From: a bacterium
GTDB taxonomy: Bacteria; Patescibacteriota; Minisyncoccia; Phycocordibacterales; CAIZLB01
Length of the DNA stretch: 64,000 bases
NCBI GenBank assembly: GCA_031411135.1
Contig: JANOAN010000006.1
Span: 272 to 64,271, forward strand
Reading direction: 5' to 3'
In this document: piece after piece, positions 8,817 through 18,850 of the stretch
Layout of the letters: the number at the start of each line of letters is the position of its first letter
How positions within the stretch are numbered: the first letter of the stretch is position 1
The notes under the pieces: generated by a model
Told to the model about the DNA's origin: nothing
Database searches by the model: none
Seen by the model: the letters and a program-made list of their open reading frames with translations, nothing else
Made by a program: the position numbers and the translations under genes

Positions 8817-9601
8817 AAAGGGCTGCGGATTCTAAGTTTGAATGAGGTTAAAATCAGCCTCAGGTAGGCTTTAAGCAAGGCTAGAATGTAAAGAGGGTAG
8901 TCAGCGCTGTGGCGCTTTACCAACATGAGATGAATTTTGTTCATTTTTTGACGTCTCGAAAGTGTTAAGCCACTTGCCCGTTGTGTATACTCTATTTCGC
9001 AGTTTCGCAGGTTCGCAAATTTTCCATAAAGCCCCATGGAAAGCCATAATTCGTATTCTTCTGCTAATCGCAATTCTGAGAAACCACCAGCTTTTAAATA
9101 TGCCTCTTTTCTGAATAATACAGAAGAAGTTACAAATGGATTGTGAAGAAAAATGTGCCTTTTAATTTCCTCATCGGTTTTTTCAGATTCAAATATAAAT
9201 AAAATCTTGCCTTCTTCGTCTACAAAACGCACGTGGTCAGAGCCTACCAAAACGTGATCTGGATTTTCCAAAAGAAAGTTTTTTTGTGTTTCTAATTTTT
9301 CAGATGAAATCCAAAAATCATCATCGTCGAGGATGGCAATAAATTCTCCTTGGGATTTTTCAATCGCGAGAGTGCGTGCTTTTCCTGGTCCAACGTTTTC
9401 GGTTAATAAAATTAATTTTATTCTAGAATCTTCAGTCGACATTCTTTTGACTTTCTCTTCCGTATCATCTGTAGATGCGTCTGAAATAACGATAATTTCA
9501 AAATCCTTTTCAGTTTGAGCCTGAATGCTTTTTATCGCCCTTTCTATAGTAGGGGATCCATTTTTGGTTGTAATTATAATACTTATCATATGCGTATCCA
9601 T
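8813..9601 (-). CDS. glycosyltransferase family 2
   Basis: ISIIITTKNGSPTIERAIKSIQAQTEKDFEIIVISDASTDDT is a GT2 N-terminal fold signature. Confidence 0.7.
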   Translation of the reverse strand: MDTHMISIIITTKNGSPTIERAIKSIQAQTEKDFEIIVISDASTDDTEEKVKRMSTEDSRIKLILLTENVGPGKARTLAIEKSQGEFIAILDDDDFWISSEKLETQKNFLLENPDHVLVGSDHVRFVDEEGKILFIFESEKTDEEIKRHIFLHNPFVTSSVLFRKEAYLKAGGFSELRLAEEYELWLSMGLYGKFANLRNCEIEYTQRASGLTLSRRQKMNKIHLMLVKRHSADYPLYILALLKAYLRLILTSFKLRIRSPF

Positions 9602-10467
9602 GCGGGTGGGCAGACATCCTTAGTGTTAATGTAAGGGTTCCTAATCCATTTTTCTGGAGCAATTACAATTTTTTCTGAATTACGATTGAGCCACGCACCC
9701 CACCAACTGAAACTAGAATTGGCGATAATATTGTGGTCGCAAAGACTCATGATGTGAAGTTCTTCGTAATCTTGTATCGGTACCGTTGTATAAGATATAT
9801 AAGCTATATCATATCCCACAAGAATTAAGTTTTCTTTGACCCAAGGTATCTCATCTGAGAATATGTAAATTTTAAGATTTTCTTTAGAAATTTTTGAAGT
9901 TAAATATGCTAGTGCTTTGTGGTAGTAGTCCATTGTTAGAATATTGTGTTGTTCTGAAGCGTATGGGTTTGAGATGAAGTCTCCACGACGCACATGAATT
10001 GATACAGTTTTCTTTACTCCAGATGATTTTGTTTTAACAATTTCAGTTGCAATTTTTTCTGCGTCATATCCTAACTTATTTTTTAAAGTAAATTCATGTT
10101 TGATTGTATCTGTGATGTGTCTGAAGTACTTTTCATTATTCCAAAAACCTTCTAGGTATATTGCATTGGAGTGGGCAAGTGAGGGGTGATATGAAAAGTC
10201 ATTTAGACGGAGTAGTCGGCGTTTTATTTTACGCATAAATATTGAAGCTCTAGTTTTAAAGTGTCTTGTGACCACAGGGTTGGCTATTTGAGCTTGTATG
10301 TTGTATGCGCCTAAAGAGTAATGCCTTTTGGTATCTATTTTAGGTTCATTTCCAAAAATAGAAGCATCCAGAAATAACTGCTCATGTCGGCGCATAGCCA
10401 ATGCTCTTCCAAAAGCATATTGAAACATTTGATTTCCGAGGCCACCTTTAAGACGGATGATTAACAT
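9586..10467 (-). CDS. alpha-1,2-fucosyltransferase (GT11 family)
   Basis: N-terminus MLIIRLKGGLGNQMFQYAF is the hallmark GT11 (FutC/WbsJ-like) motif. Confidence 0.7.
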   Translation of the reverse strand: MLIIRLKGGLGNQMFQYAFGRALAMRRHEQLFLDASIFGNEPKIDTKRHYSLGAYNIQAQIANPVVTRHFKTRASIFMRKIKRRLLRLNDFSYHPSLAHSNAIYLEGFWNNEKYFRHITDTIKHEFTLKNKLGYDAEKIATEIVKTKSSGVKKTVSIHVRRGDFISNPYASEQHNILTMDYYHKALAYLTSKISKENLKIYIFSDEIPWVKENLILVGYDIAYISYTTVPIQDYEELHIMSLCDHNIIANSSFSWWGAWLNRNSEKIVIAPEKWIRNPYINTKDVCPPAWIRI

Positions 10468-10477
10468 GTTAAACTAA

Positions 10478-11227
10478 TTATAGTCTAACAAACCAAAAAC
10501 AACCACAGGCGTATTTTGCAGATTCGGTCATTTTTGGATCTGCGTTTCTTACCAAACCACCGTCTTTTCCGTCTTCTGGTATAAATGAAAATTCTTTTAG
10601 TGTGAATTCAGGATCTATAATAAGCGAAGTTATTTGGCTATATGTATAAATTCTATGAGCATTAAATTCAATTATAGATTTCCCTCCAATTGGGACAACA
10701 ATGAGCAGGTTCCCACCACTAGCAACGGCCCTTTTTAGCTCATTAATAGCCTTTATATCTCCCATGGCATCGATTGGATCTCCATAACGCCCAAGTCCAA
10801 TGTGCTCTATTGTGTGCATGCATGATATGGACTTAACACTTTTATCAGCAAATGGCAGATTATGAAGATTTCCTTCTTTTGATTCTAAATTTGAAAGATC
10901 AAGTTTTGCTGGACGATAATCATAAAAATGAACAGGAATGAAAGCTGAAACTATTCCAGAAAAATATAAACTGGACGAAATATCTACGTGATATTCAGGA
11001 TTGATTTCTTTAACAACTCGAGCGGCCCATGAGGTGTGATAAACATAGTGTCTATCAAAACCAGTTTCGATTGTTCGGTCCTTAATCTGAGGAAAAATAT
11101 TTTTAAATGACATATCAAATCTTTCTGAACCGACATTTCTTTTAAATGCGTAATAATCTGGCATAACAAAAGGAGACAGGACGAAGCGAATGGTTTTTTT
11201 GATTATATTTTTTATTTGTGTTTTCAT
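10478..11227 (-). CDS. SAM-dependent methyltransferase-like protein (DUF268-like)
   Basis: The C-terminal MHTIEHIGLGRYGDPID...GGNLLIVVPIG segment resembles class I methyltransferase / DUF268. Confidence 0.4.
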   Translation of the reverse strand: MKTQIKNIIKKTIRFVLSPFVMPDYYAFKRNVGSERFDMSFKNIFPQIKDRTIETGFDRHYVYHTSWAARVVKEINPEYHVDISSSLYFSGIVSAFIPVHFYDYRPAKLDLSNLESKEGNLHNLPFADKSVKSISCMHTIEHIGLGRYGDPIDAMGDIKAINELKRAVASGGNLLIVVPIGGKSIIEFNAHRIYTYSQITSLIIDPEFTLKEFSFIPEDGKDGGLVRNADPKMTESAKYACGCFWFVRL

Positions 11228-11228
11228 G

Positions 11229-12158
11229 TTATATATTTTGTATAATATTTAAATATTCCGCAGTTGTTTTTTTATCGGTAAACATGCTCAAAGACTTTTC
11301 CCTAGGTTTAAAATTATCAAGATCATTTAAAAAATCAAATATAACTTTTTCTAAGCTATCACTTTCTTTAAAAAATCTTCCTGTTGAATCATCAAGATAT
11401 GGTGCTGAAATAAGTGGGTCTTCCCAAGAATCACCATTATATTGCCATTTTTCTGTGTTTAGTACTAGGGTTGCGATATTTCGCACCCAAGCCTCGCATA
11501 ATGCCAAGCTTTGGCTTTCTGATTTTCCTATGTGTATCATGAAATCACAGTTAATAAGTTTTTTGAAATATTCTTCTTTTTTAAACTTTCCGTAGATGAT
11601 AGTGTCTATTTTTACTTTTAATTTATCACATATTTTGTGTATATTTTCCAAACCCTTGTAATCAAAATTTTTTAAGTATATTAAGCAACTTCTATTAATG
11701 TTATCCCTTTGGTTGTATTCAGATGGTATCTCAACGCCAGCAAACCACACCTTAATTTTATTTTTTTGATCAGGTATTTTGCTTTCATAATAATTTTTGA
11801 CCCAATCGGAGGGACATAAAATTAGATCTATTTCAGGTGATGTTAAAATTTTATTGCAATCAAGCGGGGACACAACAATTGTCGGCCCCGCAATTAGCGT
11901 TTTTATTCTTCCAAGTTTTTTTTGATCAATAGCCCAACGCAAGGTTTCCGTGCCGTATATCACATGTACAAATTCTGAATTATCAGAGTTCATTTTTTTA
12001 GGATTTAGAATGTAAGAAATATTTAATTCATTAAAACCTCTTATCAAGCTCTGTTTAACAGCATATGGACCACCCTTTTTCCCTAAAAAGGTTTTTACTC
12101 TGTCTTTTATATTTTCAATGCTGAAGATAGAAGGTGGTCTTGTTAGGAGGGTAATCAT
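11229..12158 (-). CDS. hypothetical protein, possible glycosyltransferase (GT1/GT4-like C-terminal E..S..ALCEAW motif)
   Basis: HIGKSESQSLALCEAWVRNIATLV resembles the GT-B donor-binding region. Sits inside the glycan cluster. Confidence 0.3.
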   Translation of the reverse strand: MITLLTRPPSIFSIENIKDRVKTFLGKKGGPYAVKQSLIRGFNELNISYILNPKKMNSDNSEFVHVIYGTETLRWAIDQKKLGRIKTLIAGPTIVVSPLDCNKILTSPEIDLILCPSDWVKNYYESKIPDQKNKIKVWFAGVEIPSEYNQRDNINRSCLIYLKNFDYKGLENIHKICDKLKVKIDTIIYGKFKKEEYFKKLINCDFMIHIGKSESQSLALCEAWVRNIATLVLNTEKWQYNGDSWEDPLISAPYLDDSTGRFFKESDSLEKVIFDFLNDLDNFKPREKSLSMFTDKKTTAEYLNIIQNI

Positions 12159-12194
12159 TGGTTAATTTTAGCTTTTTTGATTGGGTTTTTCAAT

Positions 12195-13445
12195 TTACTT
12201 AACGTTACTATTTTGAACTGCATCGACTACCCAATTTTCAAATTGATTAATAATATTTTTAACTAAAAACATTTTTCCACTCTTTTCTTTTGCGAGCATC
12301 CCCATTTTTTGGAGTTCACCTGTCTTCTTTTTATTCGCATATTCAGTAATATACTTTTTATAAGTTTCAATATCTCCCTTGTCTGCCACTCGAGAAAATG
12401 ATTTATCGAGATATTCAAGATGAGCGTTCCAAATATTTGATTTGTGAGTAATTATAGGTTTTCCTGACAACATCGACTCTACTATGTTTAATCCGAAAGA
12501 CTCACCATCGTTTCTGAAATGGGCTAGGGCATCAATAGCAGCATGAAATGCCCAAACGTCTTGCTCTGAGGAACTGGGTTGCAAAATATGAACATTTTGT
12601 ATTTTTTCATCATCTAACATTTTTAACAATATAGGTGGTGGTGACATGATGATGTAGTGAATATCCGCTCGCACTTTCAAAGCAAGTTTAAAAGCTTCAA
12701 TTCCAATTGGATCAAATATTCCATTGTCAGCTCTACCAATTCGTCCAAAGACAATGTCATCTTCTTTTATGCCAAAACCTTCTCTAATCTTTTTTCCAAG
12801 CTCGACTGAATTTTCAAAAGGACCTTCCGAAGGAACTGGGTAAACTTTTATTTTTTTATTTGGAACGATAGGTGATAGCTTGCTTGCAACTTCTTTCGAT
12901 ATACATAGGTGGTACTTAATATTTTTCTGGACATTAGGAAGACCAAAAATATTTAAAAGAATAATCGGGATATTTTTAATAATACTAAAAGGATAGTTTG
13001 CATTACCTGAGTCAGCGACGACAAGTAAGTCAATGTTAAGTGCTTTAATAATTTTTTTAATATCAGGGTTCATTCCATTAACAAAATAAGGAGGATTACT
13101 TTGCTTAGCTTTATAGTCAAAGGGAATCCCGATAACTCCACCTAAATTAATGTAATCAAGACGGTCTTTGTGCCTATCGTTCAAACCCATTAGGCTTGGG
13201 TATAAATAAAAAACATCATATTTTTCTTTGTCGATATGACGTGCAAGTATTTGAAGAAATTTTTCAGTACCAGCAAAACCTAAACTATCTATATGATAAA
13301 AAAGTAGCCTGCTCTTTTTATTTACTTCTTTTATATCAATTAGTCTTGAAAATCGTGAATACCAAACCACATATTGTTCACGAATCCACCAATATAGTTT
13401 ATTTTGGCTCTTAAATTTTTTATTAATTGATGTAAAAAATGACAT
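12195..13445 (-). CDS. glycosyltransferase family 4 / group 1 (GT-B)
   Basis: FGRIGRADNGIFDPIG...ESFGLNIVESMLSGKPIITH is the typical GT4 EX7E region. Confidence 0.65.
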   Translation of the reverse strand: MSFFTSINKKFKSQNKLYWWIREQYVVWYSRFSRLIDIKEVNKKSRLLFYHIDSLGFAGTEKFLQILARHIDKEKYDVFYLYPSLMGLNDRHKDRLDYINLGGVIGIPFDYKAKQSNPPYFVNGMNPDIKKIIKALNIDLLVVADSGNANYPFSIIKNIPIILLNIFGLPNVQKNIKYHLCISKEVASKLSPIVPNKKIKVYPVPSEGPFENSVELGKKIREGFGIKEDDIVFGRIGRADNGIFDPIGIEAFKLALKVRADIHYIIMSPPPILLKMLDDEKIQNVHILQPSSSEQDVWAFHAAIDALAHFRNDGESFGLNIVESMLSGKPIITHKSNIWNAHLEYLDKSFSRVADKGDIETYKKYITEYANKKKTGELQKMGMLAKEKSGKMFLVKNIINQFENWVVDAVQNSNVK

Positions 13446-13446
13446 C

Positions 13447-14574
13447 TTAGTTTTTTATGTACTTCTCTGCATTTTTCTCAAGAACAGAACGCTTTTCTTT
13501 GTACCACTTAATAGTCGCTTCAATTCCTTTACTAAACTTTGTCTCTGGGATATTTCCAAGCTTCTTAAGTTTTGCTGCGTCTTGATATTGATCAGGAATT
13601 TCTATGAAGTTTGCAGGCTTTCCGATTATTATTGGTGCAATATTTGATATCTTTTTGTTTAAGATTGAAATAACATCACTTACGCTCTTGATATTCTCAC
13701 ATTTTTTCAAATTAGCCGTGTCTTTTTCAGTGTATGAACCAAGGTTAAATGCTGGCCAACCGTATACATCACTGCCACTCTTCGGCATGTTTTTAGAATT
13801 TTCACCATAGTATTCCTCGATTTTTTCTCCTAATAATAAATACGAATTAACTACATCTTTGATATAAATATATTCTCTAAGAACTTTTTCGTTACCAAGA
13901 TTAATCACGGGTGCTTTTCCAGCGATTAGTTTCATTATTGTTCTTGGGATAAGACGAGTGAAGTTTAAGTCACCAGGGCCATACACATTACATGATCTGG
14001 TAATTGCAACTGGAATTTTAAACTGAAATGCATAAGTTTGTGCCAGCATGTCGGTGCAGACTTTGGACGCGCTGTAAATATCTAACCCACGAAGCGCATA
14101 AGTTTCTTTGTAGGGTAGTTTTTCAGAATTTCCGGTTGAGTGGTCACCATATGATTTGTCAGTTGATGCAATAATAACTCTTGGAATTTTGTTTATTCTT
14201 GCGACCTCAAGTAAATTTAAAGTTGGGATAATGTTGTTTTCTGCTGTTGAAAGTGGGGAATTAGCCGCATTACTAACAATTGCAGTTGCAGCTAAGTGAA
14301 AGATTGTATCAATCTGGTGTCTGTCGCAAATCTGTCTAACCTCTTGATAACTAAAAAGATCTGTAGCTTCAATGTCCGGTCGATCTATCTTTGTTTTTTT
14401 ACCTTTAACTGAACTAAGCAATTCTAGTGTGCTCAAAGGACGCTGATGTCTAATTGTGGCCACAACAACAGCATCAAGCTCTAAAAGTGCCTTTATTAAG
14501 TGTGCTGCTGCAAATCCGTCTCCACCAGTAACCAATACACGCTTGCCGAACCAAAAATTTTTCTTCTTTTTCAT
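13447..14574 (-). CDS. NAD-dependent sugar epimerase/dehydratase (SDR, extended family)
   Basis: VLVTGGDGFAAAHLIKALL Rossmann GxxGxxG motif, plus YSASK (the YxxxK catalytic motif). Confidence 0.7.
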   Translation of the reverse strand: MKKKKNFWFGKRVLVTGGDGFAAAHLIKALLELDAVVVATIRHQRPLSTLELLSSVKGKKTKIDRPDIEATDLFSYQEVRQICDRHQIDTIFHLAATAIVSNAANSPLSTAENNIIPTLNLLEVARINKIPRVIIASTDKSYGDHSTGNSEKLPYKETYALRGLDIYSASKVCTDMLAQTYAFQFKIPVAITRSCNVYGPGDLNFTRLIPRTIMKLIAGKAPVINLGNEKVLREYIYIKDVVNSYLLLGEKIEEYYGENSKNMPKSGSDVYGWPAFNLGSYTEKDTANLKKCENIKSVSDVISILNKKISNIAPIIIGKPANFIEIPDQYQDAAKLKKLGNIPETKFSKGIEATIKWYKEKRSVLEKNAEKYIKN

Positions 14575-14595
14575 AAAATTAGAACAAGTCTAGCA

Positions 14596-15489
14596 TTACT
14601 TTTCATTGGAAATCAACACCTTGTCTAATATGTTATTGTGTTTTGCAGGGTTTAAAAATAGATACATGTTTACACCATCAGGTCGTTCGTTTATTGAGAA
14701 TTCTTTTACTTTGCTTCCTGCTAAAATATAGGCCTTGTATCCTTTATCGATTAAGTATTCAAAAGTTTCCTGAAATTTATTATTTATGTAATTTCTACCT
14801 AAATTTTTCATACTATAAGCAATTTCAACGAATAAAATAGGGGACGTGTCTTTCAGGGTAGTATTTGCACCTTTAAGAACCTCAAGTTCGTATCCTTCAG
14901 TATCAATTTTTATAAAATCAGGAGTTTTTAGGTTATCGGAATGAATTAAATCATCCAAGCGTTTCAATTTAATATTTTCAGTTTCAGAGTTTTCTGCGTC
15001 ACTAAAAGATGCATTAATTGTTGATCCAGAACCCGCAAGGTGGATTTTGGTTTCACTGTTCTCATCTCCAAGAGCAAAATCATAGATTTTTACATTATCG
15101 CCTATTTCATTAATCGAAATATTTTCTTTCAATACTTTTAAGTGGGACTTTACAGGTTCAAAAGAATAAACAGTACTTTTGTTAAATAATCTTCCAGCAA
15201 TAATTCCATAGTACCCAGTGTTTGCTCCAACATCATAAAAATTAAAGTTTTCAGGTAGTAATTTTAATATATTAAGCACTAGCTCCGTCTCTTCTTTTTC
15301 CACAATACCATTTCGAAATATTCCATAAGAAATGTCAGAAGTGTCAAAAATGTTACCTGCATACCAAAAACCAAGATTCGATTTTACTGCCATAAGAGGA
15401 ACCTCACTGTTTTTGTATGTCCAAATAGCTTTTAATCCAAAAAACGAATTAATTTTTTCTATTAATTTTATATAAATTTTTTTAAACAT
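14596..15489 (-). CDS. FkbM-family methyltransferase
   Basis: YDVGANTGYYGIIAGRL...IKIDTEGYELEVLKGA are canonical FkbM motifs. Confidence 0.7.
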   Translation of the reverse strand: MFKKIYIKLIEKINSFFGLKAIWTYKNSEVPLMAVKSNLGFWYAGNIFDTSDISYGIFRNGIVEKEETELVLNILKLLPENFNFYDVGANTGYYGIIAGRLFNKSTVYSFEPVKSHLKVLKENISINEIGDNVKIYDFALGDENSETKIHLAGSGSTINASFSDAENSETENIKLKRLDDLIHSDNLKTPDFIKIDTEGYELEVLKGANTTLKDTSPILFVEIAYSMKNLGRNYINNKFQETFEYLIDKGYKAYILAGSKVKEFSINERPDGVNMYLFLNPAKHNNILDKVLISNEK

Positions 15490-16430
15490 CTTTTTATATT
15501 ATTTTTAATATTGTTTATTTTGACTAATATTTCAGGATAAAATTTTGGTATCGGATTTCTTTTGTTTTGCTCAGTAAACATAGCATGTAGGGTGCCTACG
15601 TGCCAAATATCTAATTCTTCAAAAAACAGTATTCCATATGATTTAAACCAACTGAGAATTTGCTCTAGGTGCCACTCACTTGGTTTCCCCGGATCGACTA
15701 CCTCTATAGCTTCAGGAATCATTTTTAACCATTCATGTGGCGTTTCAAAAATTACTGCCCCGGAAGACCCACTTGCTTTGTACTTATTGTTTATATATTG
15801 TGAGCTTTTCTTGCCTTCAATTTTTTCTGATGCTTTATACCAAGCTTGTTTTGTCTGTGAAGCTTCCCAAGCAACATATTGAAAATGAAGTAATGGTTGT
15901 TCAGGTAGTTTTATAATTTCAGAAGTTGCGGGTATCCGTGGCGCATGATCATTGATTGTAAGTTCTCTGTTGTAATCCAAAGATTCGTTATCGATAAATC
16001 CAATTGTTTTATAGTTATTTTCCCAAACTCCATCTTTTCTGTAATGCTGAGCATCTTTCCATAATTGGATCCACGGGAGTTGAAAAGATAGTGTTTCGTC
16101 TTTATTTTTTGCAATTTCCTCCATCGCTTCAACTGTTTTTTTTGAAAGCATTTCATCCGCATCAATACACAAAACTAATTTTTGTTCGTTGTCGTTAATG
16201 TATGTTTTTCTCATGTAATCCAAAAGTAACCACCTAACAGAATTACTGTGACCGACGGAGGTATTTTCAATCACGGTAACTTTGGGGAATTCTTTGTATA
16301 TATCTCTTGATCCATCAGTTGATCCTTGGTCTGCAACAATAATATGATCTGCAAACGAGCTAAAGTTTTTTAGACTTTGTCTTAAAATCCAAGATTCGTT
16401 TTTAACAGGTAGTAGGACTATTTTCTTCAT
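15468..16430 (-). CDS. glycosyltransferase family 2-like protein
   Basis: KKIVLLPVKNESWILRQSLKNF...IIVADQGSTDGS...CIDADE (DxD). Confidence 0.5.
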   Translation of the reverse strand: MKKIVLLPVKNESWILRQSLKNFSSFADHIIVADQGSTDGSRDIYKEFPKVTVIENTSVGHSNSVRWLLLDYMRKTYINDNEQKLVLCIDADEMLSKKTVEAMEEIAKNKDETLSFQLPWIQLWKDAQHYRKDGVWENNYKTIGFIDNESLDYNRELTINDHAPRIPATSEIIKLPEQPLLHFQYVAWEASQTKQAWYKASEKIEGKKSSQYINNKYKASGSSGAVIFETPHEWLKMIPEAIEVVDPGKPSEWHLEQILSWFKSYGILFFEELDIWHVGTLHAMFTEQNKRNPIPKFYPEILVKINNIKNNIKRCLKKFI

Positions 16431-17140
16431 ATCTTGTTTGCTAATTCAAGCACCCTCTTGTTCTCATCAAGCTGGCGGGTGTCCTTACTCCCACTCAGGC
16501 TAGCGCCGTTATTTTTAAATATACCACCTAGTTGGTCGATTTTAATGAAGTTCAAGTTGTTCCTTGCTGCTCTGGTTGCCCATTCATAGTCCCCAGCTAT
16601 GCGGAATGTGTCGTCGAATAATCCATTCACCTCAAATGCTTTTTTTGTTGCAGCAAAGAAGGGTCCAATGTGCATTTCTTTCAGGAATCTTGTCTTGTCA
16701 AAATCAATTACTTTAATCTTTTTTACTTTTACCAAAATGTCGATTCCGAGTATCTTAATGTATCTTTTGTATATAAATGGAAAGTAAGCCACTGTTGGTT
16801 CTTTGGGTTTAATTTCATCTAATAGTGTTTTAATTGCAGAAGAAAAACGTATATCATCTACATTCCAGAATGTAATAACGTCATATTTAGATTCGCTTAC
16901 TCCGAAATTCCAAGTGGCATATAATGATTCTCTTTTTCTTTCGACTAATCTAATGTTCTTACTCTCAAGCATAGTAGCCTTAATTAAATTAATCTCAAAA
17001 GGAGAGGGGTCATTGGGAAGAATTAAAAACTCATGTTTTACTCCCATTTTATCTAGTTCAGTATCAACTTTTCTAATTGACTTTAAAAAAGTCGGTAAGT
17101 GTTTTTCAGATTTGTACGTTGAAGTAATTATGGTTATCAT
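16427..17140 (-). CDS. glycosyltransferase-like protein (GT2-like N-terminus)
   Basis: MITIITSTYKSEKHLPTFLKSI plus a NVDD motif. Family assignment is weak. Confidence 0.4.
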   Translation of the reverse strand: MITIITSTYKSEKHLPTFLKSIRKVDTELDKMGVKHEFLILPNDPSPFEINLIKATMLESKNIRLVERKRESLYATWNFGVSESKYDVITFWNVDDIRFSSAIKTLLDEIKPKEPTVAYFPFIYKRYIKILGIDILVKVKKIKVIDFDKTRFLKEMHIGPFFAATKKAFEVNGLFDDTFRIAGDYEWATRAARNNLNFIKIDQLGGIFKNNGASLSGSKDTRQLDENKRVLELANKI

Positions 17141-17144
17141 ATTT

Positions 17145-17966
17145 TTACTTTTTTATTTCAATAAAGTAGAAAGATCCAACAAAAGGAATAATCTTGCCTA
17201 ATACTTTATCCATTCCAACCCATAACATTAATCCTAATTGAAATTTAGTCATGAAAAATTTTCTCAAAAAATACGGTAAGGGGATTATATTTACACCAGT
17301 TCTATTAATTATTTTAAACCCTGCATTCTTGATCATTTTTTCAATTTTCCAGAACGGGAAAGAAATGTGACGTATCATCTCCCATTCTGGATAGGGGATT
17401 TTATTTACACTTTCTGATTCAGTGACTTTTAAATTTTTCTCAGCTAATTTTTTCATTATCTCACGGTGATTTTTTAAGTTTCTAACTTTTAAATAAAATA
17501 AACTAAAAGCATTTGGCATTGAAATTAAAATTCGACCGCTGTCACTAAGTACTCGTTTCATCTCAAGTAATGCTTTAGCCTCATCAGGAATATGTTCTAA
17601 AACCTCGCAGCAAATAATCGAATCGATTGAAGAATTACCAAGAGGGATTTTTCGTAGATCAACTTTCTCAGAGCTTATGTTTGTATACTTAATTGTATTT
17701 TGTCGCGCTTTGTTTAATTCAGTATCATCAAATTCATACATATATACATGCTTAAAAATAGGCGAAGCAAGAGCACTATAGGGTCCAAGTCCGGCGCCTG
17801 CGTCAAGAAACGTGTGGTTTTTGTCTGAATGATACTTAATAAATTGTATGGTTCGACGAGCTTTCAGGTAGTGGTAATATCTTACATTCGAAAAAGGATC
17901 TTCATATTTATGAAAGGAGTCCATTTCAGGGATTGGGATTATTTTTTCCAGAGAATCACTTTGCAT
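17145..17966 (-). CDS. class I SAM-dependent methyltransferase
   Basis: FLDAGAGLGPY (motif I), then ICCEVLEHIPD and GRILISMPN (the typical methyltransferase type 11 pattern). Confidence 0.7.
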   Translation of the reverse strand: MQSDSLEKIIPIPEMDSFHKYEDPFSNVRYYHYLKARRTIQFIKYHSDKNHTFLDAGAGLGPYSALASPIFKHVYMYEFDDTELNKARQNTIKYTNISSEKVDLRKIPLGNSSIDSIICCEVLEHIPDEAKALLEMKRVLSDSGRILISMPNAFSLFYLKVRNLKNHREIMKKLAEKNLKVTESESVNKIPYPEWEMIRHISFPFWKIEKMIKNAGFKIINRTGVNIIPLPYFLRKFFMTKFQLGLMLWVGMDKVLGKIIPFVGSFYFIEIKK

Positions 17967-18846
17967 ATATTTTTTTAATGTTAAGTCTTAAATTTTTAAA
18001 AATCAGGAAAACATTAATCCATATTCTGTTGATTAATGAAATCAAACTGAGATTATTGTTAAGTATTTTACCATCAATAAATTTTAATTTTTTATAGTTC
18101 ATTCTAAGGTTCCAAATCACTTGATCTTTGTGATCATTTGGAGAAGTCCACCCAGCATATTGTAAGGCTGAATGTGAATGATAACTCGGGTTATTTTTTC
18201 TAGCAAAGATTGTAAGTAGGGTAGTGTCATGTCTAAAATATTCACAGTCACGCACATAGTCTGTTTTATTTACTCCTTTATTTTTCCAAAGCTCAGTTTT
18301 TGAAAATCCAAGGCAGTATCCTTTCTTGGCGTATTCAAACATCTCATCTAGGTTTTTAGAAAGTGATCCTGCTTTTTTAAATCCAAAGATACCAGCTGTT
18401 ATAGCATTTTCATTAAGGGTTGCATTTTCAATATTAAACGTCTTAATGTAATCGACTGGCATCATCTTTATACCTTTAACATCTTGATCAACAGTAAAAT
18501 ATCCATCATTGTCAATTTCAGAAAATATTTCATCCAACGGCTTTAGAATCTGGCAGCCAGCATCTATGTAAAAGTTTAAATCTGCTAATGGTTTTGTAAA
18601 TATATAAGTCTTCCAGGTATAGCATGCGCGCCAAAATGGTGAAAAATGCGGGATATTAATAACTTCAACCCATTTAATTTTTTCCAATTCTTTTCTAAAA
18701 GTATAGAAGAGTCCAATGTCGTACACGTACACCTTTGGATGATTTGGATAATTTATATGCAATGAACCGAGCATGTTTATTAATGAAGGAAAAAATTTAC
18801 TAGAAGCGGAAGTTATTATGCATTTTGTTTTTTCAGAATCATCCAT
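17956..18846 (-). CDS. hypothetical protein in the glycan cluster (possible nucleotide-sugar transferase)
   Basis: The track ORF (to 18927) overlaps the flippase by 77 nt, so the start was trimmed to the Met at 18846. Contains YIDAGCQI. No confident family. Confidence 0.3.
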   Translation of the reverse strand: MDDSEKTKCIITSASSKFFPSLINMLGSLHINYPNHPKVYVYDIGLFYTFRKELEKIKWVEVINIPHFSPFWRACYTWKTYIFTKPLADLNFYIDAGCQILKPLDEIFSEIDNDGYFTVDQDVKGIKMMPVDYIKTFNIENATLNENAITAGIFGFKKAGSLSKNLDEMFEYAKKGYCLGFSKTELWKNKGVNKTDYVRDCEYFRHDTTLLTIFARKNNPSYHSHSALQYAGWTSPNDHKDQVIWNLRMNYKKLKFIDGKILNNNLSLISLINRIWINVFLIFKNLRLNIKKIYAK

Positions 18847-18850
18847 TTGT